Source of the DNA: Polyangiales bacterium
GTDB taxonomy: Bacteria > Myxococcota_A > Polyangia > Polyangiales > Houyiibacteriaceae
Length of the DNA stretch: 23,426 nt
Direction of reading: 5' to 3'
Assembly (NCBI GenBank): GCA_045106895.1
Contig: JBGCFM010000163.1
Span: 1-23,426 of the forward strand
Positions 1-10,674 of the stretch are shown here, piece after piece. Under the pieces are notes generated by a model. That model did no database searches. It was not told the DNA's origin and saw only the letters and a list, made by a program, of their open reading frames with translations. The position numbers and the translations under genes are program-made. Numbering within the stretch: position 1 is the first letter of the stretch; every line of letters starts with the position of its first letter.

Positions 1-2
1 TG

Positions 3-80
3 CCAGCGGACTTGATCCAGTCCGTCACAGGTCTCTTTCGCACGCTCGAATACCTCGACGCGATGCGAGCGAAGGTATAG
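3..80 (+). CDS. C-terminal fragment of Xre/MbcA/ParS-family antitoxin (5' part outside window)
   Basis: Frame 3 reads PADLIQSVTGLFRTLEYLDAMRAKV*, typical of the DUF2384-type toxin-binding C-terminus; stops 6 nt before a RES gene. Confidence 0.8.
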   Translation, partial: PADLIQSVTGLFRTLEYLDAMRAKV

Positions 81-86
81 CTGAAC

Positions 87-818
87 GTGCAGACACTCTC
101 GCTCGAAGGACGGGGCGTTCGCTCCGTCGAGTCCCAGTCCAAAGTCGCCACCCTCGACCTCGTCGACACCCTCGAAGAGCAAAGGATCCTCGAAGAGATG
201 ATCGAGGAGACGAAAGGCCCCGCGCTTCCGCAGGGCATTCACTACCTCATCTCGACGCCACTCTGCCGCTACCCGCCACTGCTCTACGGGTCGCGCTACG
301 GAGCGCGGACTGAGCCCGGGATCTTCTACGGCTCCGAGCGCGTCGAGACCGCCATGGCGGAGACGGCCTTTTACAAGCTTCGATTCGTCGCCGACTCCGA
401 TGGCCTGTCGGAGCTTCCGCCAATGACGATGATGACGTTCACCTTTGAGTACCGAACTCGTCATGCACATGACACGACGAGCGCAGAGTACGACGGGCAG
501 CGCGCAAAGATCGACGCTCCTTCGGACTACGCGCACACCCAGGGTATCGGCAGCAAGGCGCGCGCTGCGGCCGTGGAGCTCATTCGTTTTCGCTCCGTGC
601 GGGACCCGAAGGGCGGCGCCAACCTGGCTATCTTCTCCCTCGACGCGCTAGGCCCTCAGCCTCTCGACATGACTTATTGGCAGCTCAAGATTCGGCAGGA
701 CCGGGTCGATATTCTCGAGCGCGACCGCTCCATCGACCCCGGGCGTTACACCTTCAGCGTCGACGAGTTCAAGGCGCGCGGAGCGTGGGCGCACCCCAGC
801 GTCACCTCGCCAGAGTAG
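87..818 (+). CDS. RES-domain toxin (putative NAD+ phosphorylase)
   Basis: 243 aa; RSVESQ, RYPPLLYGSRYG, GIFYGS..ETAMAETAFY, FRSVRDPKGGANLAIF motifs carrying the R, E and S residues. Confidence 0.9.
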   Translation: MQTLSLEGRGVRSVESQSKVATLDLVDTLEEQRILEEMIEETKGPALPQGIHYLISTPLCRYPPLLYGSRYGARTEPGIFYGSERVETAMAETAFYKLRFVADSDGLSELPPMTMMTFTFEYRTRHAHDTTSAEYDGQRAKIDAPSDYAHTQGIGSKARAAAVELIRFRSVRDPKGGANLAIFSLDALGPQPLDMTYWQLKIRQDRVDILERDRSIDPGRYTFSVDEFKARGAWAHPSVTSPE

Positions 819-825
819 ACCTCCG

Positions 826-1884
826 CTAGTGCGCGTTGAACTGCGCGTACCACTTGCGCAGCGCGTGCACAGGACCGTCGTCTCGGACCAGCTGTGGCCG
901 CGGGCGGAAGATCTTGTTCTCCCAAATATCGATGTCCTCGCGCCACTGGCTGACCCAGTTGCCGACGACGTACGACACGAGCGCCCGCGGGATCTTCTTC
1001 TCGGCGAACCAACGAAAGCGAACCCGCAACGCCATAGGCGTCAAAGGCGTGTGCGTCTGCATCATCAGGATGTCACCGACCTTCGGAATCATGAAGCGAA
1101 AGTGCACCACGCTCCCGGCGCCGTGAAAGCTGATCTTCGCTCGCGCGGCGGTCCATGGCAGCTCTCGGCCAAAGAACTTCAAGACAGCGTGGTCATGAAA
1201 GTACGCCATCCACGGTTTGTCTGGATCGCTCTCCCAGTCCGCGCTGTGCTCGATCATCAACCCAGGGATTGGAATGCTCGTCCAAGGCAGACGCATCTGG
1301 CCGTGAAGCGGGGCGAAATGCTGAAAGTCCACGCTGTTTTCGGCGAACTCCTGCAAGTGCATCTTCACCATGCCCGCGTCGTGATCACCGCGGTGGACCA
1401 TCCGCGCCGAAGCCTTTGGCATGTCGAAGCGTGGCGTGTCGTCTCCGTGCCAGAGGAACACGTAACCGTCTTGCTCGGCGATGTGTTTCGCGCCGGCGCG
1501 GATCTGAGGAAGCTTGCGGCCTTCTGCGAGATACGGAATCGATGACACATCGCCGCTGCCTTCGAAGCGCCAGCGGTGAAACGGACACTCGAGCTGGCCG
1601 TTGCAGACGCGACCTCCGCTCATGTCTGCGCCCATATGAGGACAGTAGGCATCCAGCGCGCGAGCGCGCCCCTGCTCGTCGCGGAAGAGCACGATGCGCT
1701 GGCCGATGGACTCAACGCTAAGAGGCTTTTTCTGCCGTGCTGCCGCGTCGAGGGCGCTGGAGAGCGCGACGACATACCAGCTCTCGGGGTATGCGGCCGG
1801 ATAGGTGGCGGCGCGGCGAGCATCGCGCACGTCATCTTCCATTTGTTCGGCAACGCGGACAGATTTTGATTTGAAGAAACGCAT
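826..1884 (-). CDS. Rieske non-heme iron oxygenase, KshA / cholesterol 7-desaturase (Neverland/DAF-36)-like
   Basis: Rieske CPH...CPFH; mononuclear iron motif ENSVDFQHFAPLH; C-terminal DIDIWENK...DGPVHALRKWYAQF characteristic of the KshA/Neverland group. Confidence 0.85.
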   Translation of the reverse strand: MRFFKSKSVRVAEQMEDDVRDARRAATYPAAYPESWYVVALSSALDAAARQKKPLSVESIGQRIVLFRDEQGRARALDAYCPHMGADMSGGRVCNGQLECPFHRWRFEGSGDVSSIPYLAEGRKLPQIRAGAKHIAEQDGYVFLWHGDDTPRFDMPKASARMVHRGDHDAGMVKMHLQEFAENSVDFQHFAPLHGQMRLPWTSIPIPGLMIEHSADWESDPDKPWMAYFHDHAVLKFFGRELPWTAARAKISFHGAGSVVHFRFMIPKVGDILMMQTHTPLTPMALRVRFRWFAEKKIPRALVSYVVGNWVSQWREDIDIWENKIFRPRPQLVRDDGPVHALRKWYAQFNAH

Positions 1885-1939
1885 AGGTTGTTTCCGTGAG
1901 CCTTGGGCCGGAGCTTATCCTAGTTTGGCGGTCTCGGCC

Positions 1940-2857
1940 TCAGACTTCGCCGCGCAAACGCGGACCGAGATCGGCGAGATGCTTTGCCAGCGCGTCTCGA
2001 AACACCCGAAGACGTGGCGCGCCTTTGAGGGTGCGTGGGTAGAGTGACCAAAGCTCAAGCTCGAGCTCTGGGATCGGCTCGCCCATGCGAACAAGCTGGG
2101 GGTCAGCGTCGCCCTCCACGCAGGCAAGGACCCCGCGCCCCGCGCCCCGTGTCACGGCCTCATGGACGAGTGCGCCGGAGTTCACGCGTAGCCAGCGACG
2201 CTCACCAACATGGGCGCGTTCGAACATGGCCTGGGGGACCGCGCTCAGCCCTTCGTTCAACACGATCCACCGCCCTGAATTTGTTCCACGGGGCTCGCGG
2301 AGTGGCTCGGTGTCATCACGGTGCCGATACGCCGCGAAGGCCACGCTGCCATGACGAACGCCGATGAGGTCTTCCGGCGGCTGGCTCACCGTTAGCCGCA
2401 GCGCGAGGTCAGCTTCGCCGCGTTTCAGGTCGACGAGTCCGTCGCCGGCGATGAGCTCAAAACGAAGCCGTGGGTGCTCCTTATGAAGCGTGCGAAGAAT
2501 CGGAAGGAGGATCGTCGCCCCGCCGCCGACGGTTGCGATGCACAGCGAGCCCGAAGCCTCCTCCGACGCTGCGCCGACTCGGTGTGAGAGCGAGTGTGCC
2601 GCCGCCTGCATCTTCGCCGCCACGCCGGCGACCTCATGACCGTCGGGTGTCAGCGTGCAGCCGCCGCGATGACGGTGAACAAGCACGGCGCCGAGTACAT
2701 CTTCCAGTTGATTGAGCCGCCGCAGCAAACTCGAGTGGGAGCAGCGCAACTTTCGAGCCGCAGCGGCCACGGATCCTTCGCAAGCGATGGCATCGAAAGC
2801 GCGCAGGTCGACCCAGTCGAGGGAAGCGGCGTCGAGACTCGAAGCGCGAATGGCCAT
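1940..2857 (-). CDS. LysR-family transcriptional regulator
   Basis: LDWVDLRAFDAIACEGSVAAAARKL HTH, LEDVLG...LTPDG, VDLKRGEADLALR; start placed at ATG 2857 (ORF track extends to 2896). Confidence 0.92.
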   Translation of the reverse strand: MAIRASSLDAASLDWVDLRAFDAIACEGSVAAAARKLRCSHSSLLRRLNQLEDVLGAVLVHRHRGGCTLTPDGHEVAGVAAKMQAAAHSLSHRVGAASEEASGSLCIATVGGGATILLPILRTLHKEHPRLRFELIAGDGLVDLKRGEADLALRLTVSQPPEDLIGVRHGSVAFAAYRHRDDTEPLREPRGTNSGRWIVLNEGLSAVPQAMFERAHVGERRWLRVNSGALVHEAVTRGAGRGVLACVEGDADPQLVRMGEPIPELELELWSLYPRTLKGAPRLRVFRDALAKHLADLGPRLRGEV

Positions 2858-2921
2858 ATGTCTGTTATACGACATGAAGTGCCGACTTTCGACCATAGAT
2901 GACGATGAGAAGACATCTCAT
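2858..2921. promoter_or_regulatory. Divergent LysR/SDR control region with two inverted repeats
   Basis: ATGTC-N8-GACAT (2858-2875) overlapping a minus-strand TATAAC (2864-2869); ATGAGA-N5-TCTCAT (2905-2921). Confidence 0.4.
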
Positions 2922-2949
2922 GTTGGAGCAAAGAAACAAGGAGGTCGCC

Positions 2950-3984
2950 ATGCTCATCTTCGTCACCGGCGCGACAGGACTACTCGGAAACAACGTAATT
3001 CGAACTCTTCTCTCTCAAGGTCACGAGGTGCGTGGTCTCGTACGGGATGGGGAGAAAGGCGTCACGATGTTCGCACCTCGGCCGCCAAGGCTCACCCTCA
3101 TCGAGGGTGATATGGAACACATCGACTCGCTGCATGACGCCCTGGATGGCGTTGAGTGCGTTGTGCACACCGCCGCGTACTTCCGCGATTCGTACAAAGG
3201 CGGCGAGCACTACCAGCGCATGCTCGACGTGAACGTGAGAGGAACAAAAGCACTCCTCGAAGCAGCGTACCTTCGCGGCGTTCGGCGTTTCGTGCACGTG
3301 TCGTCCACGGCGACGGTCAAGGGTCCTCCGGGAGGCATCACGCGTGAAGACATGCGGCGCTCCTTCGATGGAGAACCCGACGACTACTATCGCTCGAAGA
3401 TCCTCTCGGACAAAGTTGTCGAGTCCTTCGCCGAGGAACACGCGGCCTTTCACGTATCGTACGTTCTTCCGGGGTTCATGGTCGGACCGGGAGACCTCGG
3501 TCCCACGTCGTCGGGCAGACTCGTCCTCGACTTCGCCCAGGGGAAGCTCCCCGGCATCATGAACGCCGGATTTTCCTTCGTCGATGCGCGCGATGTGGCA
3601 GGGGCATGCGCCAAGCTGTGCACGGAGAAGAAGCCCAACGAACGCTATTTGGTCGCCGGTCGCTACCATTCGCTCCGAGACACCTACGCCTCCCTCGCAC
3701 CTATTACCAAGGCGCCACTACCCACACGGTCGATTCCGGACTTCGCGCTCCTCGTCTACGCATTCGTTTGCGAGATCTACGCACGAGTTAGCGGAAAGCC
3801 GGTGCTGGTCAGCTGGGCCGGGGCGCGAAGTATGATCCGTGAACGCGGCCACAGCGAATTCGACTCCTCCAAAGCGGAGCGCGAGCTAGGCGTCGTGTTT
3901 CGACCCTTCGAGGAAACTCTGCGAGACACCTTCGACGACTACGTGAGGCGCGGCTGGCTCCCCAGCGCCAATGCTGGCAAGTAA
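2950..3984 (+). CDS. Extended SDR, NAD(P)-dependent epimerase/dehydratase (dihydroflavonol reductase / 3-beta-HSD / HpnA-like)
   Basis: TGATGLLG nucleotide-binding motif, VHTAA, HVSS, YYRSK catalytic motif, FVDARDVA; strong AAGGAGGT RBS before ATG 2950. Confidence 0.9.
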   Translation: MLIFVTGATGLLGNNVIRTLLSQGHEVRGLVRDGEKGVTMFAPRPPRLTLIEGDMEHIDSLHDALDGVECVVHTAAYFRDSYKGGEHYQRMLDVNVRGTKALLEAAYLRGVRRFVHVSSTATVKGPPGGITREDMRRSFDGEPDDYYRSKILSDKVVESFAEEHAAFHVSYVLPGFMVGPGDLGPTSSGRLVLDFAQGKLPGIMNAGFSFVDARDVAGACAKLCTEKKPNERYLVAGRYHSLRDTYASLAPITKAPLPTRSIPDFALLVYAFVCEIYARVSGKPVLVSWAGARSMIRERGHSEFDSSKAERELGVVFRPFEETLRDTFDDYVRRGWLPSANAGK

Positions 3985-4011
3985 CAGCTCGCCGCGTGCT
4001 ATCTTCGAACG

Positions 4012-5556
4012 GTGCGGCGGACAACAACGGCCAGGAAAACAGGAACAACACCTTTGTTCCTCGCCCTCGTCGCCTGCACCCTGGTCGCCTGCGGAGCCGA
4101 CGACGACGCGCAGAGCGTGCGCGTCGATCTCAAAACGGACTTTGTGTCCGGCGTCGAGTTCGACAGCATCCGCGTTCAGTTCGGGGACGGCGACCTGGCT
4201 GAGTCTCAAGATCGAATCAACCGCGAGGCGGATGACTTTCTCCGCGGACAACGGGTGGCGAGTGCTCAAGTCCCTGAAGGCCAGCTTCCCATCACCATCA
4301 CGCTTTATCGCTCTCTGCGCCCCGTGATCGCGCGTCGCGTCAGCGCTCAGATCAACCCAGGCGTCAACGCCGCCGCCGTCGTGATCTCGAGGTCCTGCGA
4401 AGGTGTCGCGTGTCCCAATGCAGATCCGGCGCTGGAGAGTTGCCTCGGCGGCCGATGCGTCGACCCACGCTGCACAACGACGACGCCGGAGTTCTGTCCG
4501 CCGGCACAGTGCACCGACGACGTCGAGTGTGAGTCCGTTGCATGCGCGACCCCACGCTGTACGGATGGAGTGTGTTTTTCGATTCCAGACGACCAACGCT
4601 GCGCTGCGGGAGAGCGATGCGATGGGCTTCTTGGATGCGTGACGGAGGGTGTTTTGCGAGACGCGGGCTTCGACGCGCCGGCCCTCGATGCGGGACGGGA
4701 CGGCAGCATCGACGCCCTCACGGACGCCGGAACCGTCGACGTTCCACTCTTGGACGCAGAGGAGACCGATGTCTTCGACGCCGGTCGCGGCATGGGTGAC
4801 TTCGGCCCGCCGCGTATTCTCGCGGAGCTTACGATGGGGTCGACGGACGCCGACGATCCGACGCTCACGCCGGATCTTCTCCAGATCTTTTTCAAGAGCG
4901 CCCGGCCTTTTGCGCGGGCGTGGACGGCGCGACGAAGCGGGTTGGGTGAACCCTTCGGCGACTTGACGGAGCTCGACGTGCTCCCGGGCGAGACCGTCAC
5001 CTCCCCGGAGCTTCGCGAAGATGGCCTCGTGCTCTTCTTTGCGGGTCGCATCGACGGCGATTTCAACCTGTACCGGTCGACGCGAGCGAACCTCGACGAC
5101 GTCTTTTCTGTCGGTATCCCAATCTCGGAAGTGAACACCGCGGGCGACGAGTTTGCCTTCGGAAGCAACGCGGGTGAGACCATCGCTGTTTTCAGTCGCA
5201 GTGGACTTCGGGAAACGCGCAGAGCCTCGCCGGACCTGCCTTGGGGAAGCGTTTCGCCGATCTCTGAACTGAACCGCACGGGCACTGAGTTCGACTCTCA
5301 CCTCGTTGGGGATGGCCGCGTCATCTACTTCGCGGGAGTCGAGCCAGCCGGAACTCGGTCCATGGAGATCTGGCGCGCGGAACGAGCGAACGTCGACGCT
5401 CCGTTCGGCCCAGCGGTGCGCATTGAATCGGTCTCCTCGTCCGCGGTGGACACCGATCCGTGGGTGTCCGCGGATGAACGGGTGATGCTCTTCACGAGCG
5501 ACCGAGACGGCCGAGACCGAATCTACGTCGCCACCCGCGACGGCGGCGCCTTCTAA
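4012..5556 (+). CDS. Lipoprotein with Cys-rich region, DAG linker and PD40/TolB-like beta-propeller
   Basis: Lipobox LVAC; Cys cluster (SCEGVAC...CLGGRC...); repeats [43 protein letters not shown]. Confidence 0.75.
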   Translation: MRRTTTARKTGTTPLFLALVACTLVACGADDDAQSVRVDLKTDFVSGVEFDSIRVQFGDGDLAESQDRINREADDFLRGQRVASAQVPEGQLPITITLYRSLRPVIARRVSAQINPGVNAAAVVISRSCEGVACPNADPALESCLGGRCVDPRCTTTTPEFCPPAQCTDDVECESVACATPRCTDGVCFSIPDDQRCAAGERCDGLLGCVTEGVLRDAGFDAPALDAGRDGSIDALTDAGTVDVPLLDAEETDVFDAGRGMGDFGPPRILAELTMGSTDADDPTLTPDLLQIFFKSARPFARAWTARRSGLGEPFGDLTELDVLPGETVTSPELREDGLVLFFAGRIDGDFNLYRSTRANLDDVFSVGIPISEVNTAGDEFAFGSNAGETIAVFSRSGLRETRRASPDLPWGSVSPISELNRTGTEFDSHLVGDGRVIYFAGVEPAGTRSMEIWRAERANVDAPFGPAVRIESVSSSAVDTDPWVSADERVMLFTSDRDGRDRIYVATRDGGAF

Positions 5557-5735
5557 GGAACTGCTCGGCACAATCCGCCCTGTGGGCCCACTTCTCACCG
5601 AAGCGAGGTCTTCAGATGCCCCAATTGGTCGGTTTTTACGGCATTTCCCCCTCTTCCGCTTGCCGTGAGGCCGTGTGGTGGCTAGGTACGCGCGCAATAG
5701 AAGTCGGCGAGAGAGCCGGAGGAAATAGAGTCGTC

Positions 5736-7823
<2,088 letters not shown>

Positions 7824-7852
7824 CTTCTCGCGCTTGCCTCTTGGGCAAAGAG

Positions 7853-7884
7853 AAAAGGGATGTCCTTCGGGGCGTCCCTTTTTT
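7853..7884. terminator. Intrinsic terminator after fusA, likely bidirectional
   Basis: AAAAGGGATGTCC-TTCG-GGGCGTCCCTTTTTT between convergent genes. Confidence 0.88.
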
Positions 7885-7886
7885 CG

Positions 7887-8342
7887 TTAAGGCGAGGTGA
7901 GTTCGCGCAGCGAACGAACGTCCTCCAAATCTTGCGGTCGCCCCGAAGCAAGCTTGTTCGTGATCAGATCCTCCAGGGCGATCACACGAACGTTCACGCC
8001 ATCGATCACAGTTTGAACCGCGCGCTCGTACACAGGAGCGAATTCGATGCCGCTCGCCGAGCCAAGGATGTCGACGCGAAGCGGGCTCACTCCAAAATAC
8101 AGGACCTGATCCTCACGGAGTCGACGCGCCCCATTCACGACAACGGCCGGTGCACCAAAGTGCTCCAGCGCATCCGCAACGCGAGTGCGATTCTCGGAGC
8201 TGACCTCAACAAGCAAGTCGATGTCCTTGGTGCTGCGAGGTCGACCGTGAAATGAAACCGCATAGCCTCCAAGGAGGACGAACTTAACTTGTGAGGCTTC
8301 GAATACCGCCAGGAGATCCTTGAAGTCGTCGAAAAGGTTCAT
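7887..8342 (-). CDS. Nucleotidyltransferase-fold protein (DUF6036-like)
   Basis: VLLGGYAVSFHGRPRSTKDIDL (GG...DxD), VDIL, C-terminal DLITNKLASGRPQDLEDV. Confidence 0.85.
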   Translation of the reverse strand: MNLFDDFKDLLAVFEASQVKFVLLGGYAVSFHGRPRSTKDIDLLVEVSSENRTRVADALEHFGAPAVVVNGARRLREDQVLYFGVSPLRVDILGSASGIEFAPVYERAVQTVIDGVNVRVIALEDLITNKLASGRPQDLEDVRSLRELTSP

Positions 8343-8523
8343 CGTTTCTCAGAATCCTTATTTCTTCGAGGAGAACACGAACAGCGCCGATGCGTTCAAC
8401 GGGATCAACCGCGCGCCAGAACTCAGCATCGCGTTTGCTAAGCTCGTCGTGACAGCTCGCGACGCCTCCCCAAACTCCTCGACGACGCCGTGCTTCTGCC
8501 CGCGCTTTGAAGTCGTCATCCAC
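8284..8523 (-). CDS. Small hypothetical protein, putative partner/antitoxin of the nucleotidyltransferase
   Basis: 79 aa with DAEFWRAVDPVERI motif; overlaps the NTase start by 59 nt; TGC-TAAACT lies 6 nt before GTG. Confidence 0.65.
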   Translation of the reverse strand: MDDDFKARAEARRRRGVWGGVASCHDELSKRDAEFWRAVDPVERIGAVRVLLEEIRILRNDEPFRRLQGSPGGIRSLTS

Positions 8524-8628
8524 GGGAAAAGTTTAGCACACCGGCGGTAGGCCTAGGAGAGCGCGCTTCGCCAAACGCACTCAGTAGCGGGCGGGCGGAC
8601 TCCCGCATCGATGGTAGAGTCCATATCT

Positions 8629-9717
8629 ATGAACCGAGCGTCCCTCGTCTTTGCGTTTTCGATCCTTGGCGGCTGCTACCAGAGCGTCACCGTCGATGCG
8701 CCTCCGGACGCGGCACGACGCGACGCGGGGCTCGATGCCATTCGCTTCGATGTGGCCTTTCCGGACGTTCCGCCTGTGGATGCGGGGCCACTTCCGACCA
8801 ACCAGGTCGACCTGGTTTTCGTCATCGATGACTCTGGAGGCATGGGGGAGGAACAGGCCTTCTTGGCGGCGGAGCTCCCGTCGCTTCTCACGGAGCTCCT
8901 CTCCGGGTCCGGGGATGTGCCTCCCGTGCCCAGCCTCCACGTGGGATTCGTGAGCACGAACATGGGCTCCCACGAGTACAGCGTTCCCACATGCAACGAT
9001 AGTAGGGATGGGCTGCTCACGAACAGCGACTGCATGTGGTCCGATTCGGGCCTCTTCATGGACATCGACGGCGTTGGCGAGCTTGAGGAAGCCGCCTGCA
9101 CCGCCGGTAACTTCGGTGACTCAGGATGTGGCTACGAGCAGCCCCTTGAGGCCATGCTCAAGGCACTTACGCCTACTGGTTCATCGATTCGTTTCTTCGA
9201 CGACACCCGCGGTCATGGTGACTTACATGCAGGGTTCCTTCGCCCCGGCGCACAGCTCGCGGTGGTGGTTCTCGCCAACGAAGACGACTGCTCCGCGATG
9301 GATTCAGAGATCTACAACTCATCCAGCGGGCGATTCACCCCGGACCTCAACCTTCGCTGTGCCTTTCACGAGGAGGCACTTCATCCCATCGAGCGCTACA
9401 TCGATGGCCTGCTCGCCGTGGTCCCGGCGAGCCGACTCACCTTTGCCACCATCACGGGCATCCCCGTCGATGTTCAGAATCTCGACTACACAGAGATCTT
9501 GAACGACCCGCGCATGGCGCCGAGACGAGACCCAGAGGAGCCGACGGCGCTGGCGCCAAGCTGCGAAGCCTCTCGTCGCGGCCCGGCGTTCCCGCCGCGC
9601 CGGTTGCTCCAAGTCGCCCAGGGCCTGGAGGCACGCGGCGCCCAAGCGACAAACATCTCGATCTGCCAGAATGACTACGGTCAGTTCGTGGAGTTCATCG
9701 CCCAGCGCCTCCGTTAG
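8629..9717 (+). CDS. vWA-like Cys-containing lipoprotein of myxobacterial type
   Basis: Lipobox LGGC; VDLVFVIDDSGGMGEEQ (MIDAS-like), GCGYEQPLEAM, GFLRPGAQLAVVVLANEDDCS, SICQNDY. Confidence 0.8.
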   Translation: MNRASLVFAFSILGGCYQSVTVDAPPDAARRDAGLDAIRFDVAFPDVPPVDAGPLPTNQVDLVFVIDDSGGMGEEQAFLAAELPSLLTELLSGSGDVPPVPSLHVGFVSTNMGSHEYSVPTCNDSRDGLLTNSDCMWSDSGLFMDIDGVGELEEAACTAGNFGDSGCGYEQPLEAMLKALTPTGSSIRFFDDTRGHGDLHAGFLRPGAQLAVVVLANEDDCSAMDSEIYNSSSGRFTPDLNLRCAFHEEALHPIERYIDGLLAVVPASRLTFATITGIPVDVQNLDYTEILNDPRMAPRRDPEEPTALAPSCEASRRGPAFPPRRLLQVAQGLEARGAQATNISICQNDYGQFVEFIAQRLR

Positions 9718-9747
9718 TGCGCCGCTCGCTGAAAGCGCCTCCACAAG

Positions 9748-9776
9748 AAAACCCCGCCAGTAAACTGACGGGGGTT
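9748..9776. terminator. Intrinsic terminator downstream of tRNA-Gln and the vWA gene
   Basis: AAAACCCCGCCAG-TAAA-CTGACGGGGGTT; U-tract on the minus strand. Confidence 0.7.
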
Positions 9777-9779
9777 ACT

Positions 9780-9853
9780 TGGTTCCCGGACATGGATTCG
9801 AACCATGATTCGCGGATTCAAAGTCCGCTGTCCTACCATTGAACGATCCGGGA
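9780..9853 (-). tRNA. tRNA-Gln (anticodon UUG), CCA encoded
   Basis: Cloverleaf TCCCGGA/TCCGGGA acceptor, GTTC/GGAC D-stem, GCGGA-CTTTGAA-TCCGC, CATGG-TTCGAAT-CCATG, ACCA end; 74 nt. Confidence 0.97.
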
Positions 9854-9973
9854 ATCGGCGGTGGCATAACACGCGCGTTCGACGGCGGCCAGTGCATGGC
9901 GTGCCCTTGAGGCGATTTCTGCTCAACGCTGCTTTTGCCACCAAAGCCGCACCAGAATGGCTACTCTCCCCCC

Positions 9974-10615
9974 ATGTCGACACGACAGCTTGAGCTTCCT
10001 CCCGGATGGAAGCGCCGTCTTCTCCACCTGCGCGTTCTTTGCGACACGCAGGAGCCGCCTCAGCTCGACGCGGCAGACGTGCGCAGGGTCGAGGCCTCGC
10101 TCGGGGTCACCCTTGGAGACCCGCTCCTGGCGCTGCTGTGCACCAAAGCCACCACGTTGCGTGAATACGAGATTCAGCTGCTTAGTCTCCCGAACCACAC
10201 CAAGGACGTGCGAGCAGCCATCGGAGGCGAGCTCATCGGCCTCGGGAAGCACCCGGATGGGAACGTATTCTTGGCGACCAACCTGAACGGTACTGAGGTT
10301 CATCGCATCTCCATGGAGGACCAGACCGTCGCCGTTCTGCCCACCGAAAAATGGCTCGATCTCCAAGTGGCCCGACGCCAAGAGAGCCTACGCGACGAGG
10401 GAGACACCATCCGCGCGCTCGGCGTCAAAGGGATCGCCGACGACGCGCTCGAAGCGTTCATGCCCTGCGTCGCGGAAGACGACACCCCAAAACGGCGCGT
10501 TCAACACGCCAAGTTTGGCGAAGGCGACGTCTTGCGCGAGTTCGACGGAAAACTGGAGATTCGCTTTGAGTCGGGCACCAAGACGCTGATGGCGTCTTTC
10601 GTGAGCGACGTCTAG
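9974..10615 (+). CDS. SMI1/KNR4 (SUKH)-like protein with C-terminal PcrA/UvrD-type Tudor domain
   Basis: PPQLDAADVRRVEASLGVTLGDPLLALL...LIGLGKHPDGNVF; C-terminus RVQHAKFGEGDVLREFDGKLEIRFESGTKTLMASFV. Confidence 0.65.
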   Translation: MSTRQLELPPGWKRRLLHLRVLCDTQEPPQLDAADVRRVEASLGVTLGDPLLALLCTKATTLREYEIQLLSLPNHTKDVRAAIGGELIGLGKHPDGNVFLATNLNGTEVHRISMEDQTVAVLPTEKWLDLQVARRQESLRDEGDTIRALGVKGIADDALEAFMPCVAEDDTPKRRVQHAKFGEGDVLREFDGKLEIRFESGTKTLMASFVSDV

Positions 10616-10674
10616 GTCAGACTGCCCCACACGAGCACGTGGCGCCCACGCCTTCCGTGTTGCAGGGTGGAGCC

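Noticed and set aside
3886..5697. 603-aa antisense ORF over the PD40 lipoprotein, and similar shadows at 12629-13807 and 16381-17658
   Set aside because: Fully overlap well-supported genes; Arg-rich non-protein-like composition
5616..5735. 40-aa N-terminal extension of EF-G
   Set aside because: EF-G homology and RBS point to ATG 5736
5557..5735. Structured leader or riboswitch upstream of fusA
   Set aside because: Only short hairpins and an imperfect TTGCCG-N17-TAGGTA promoter-like match; no recognisable RNA family
9780..9853. tRNA-Gln as integration site of a genomic island
   Set aside because: No integrase and no duplicated tRNA 3' end seen in the window
9805..9993. Short ORFs overlapping the tRNA
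   Set aside because: Explained by the tRNA gene and its promoter region
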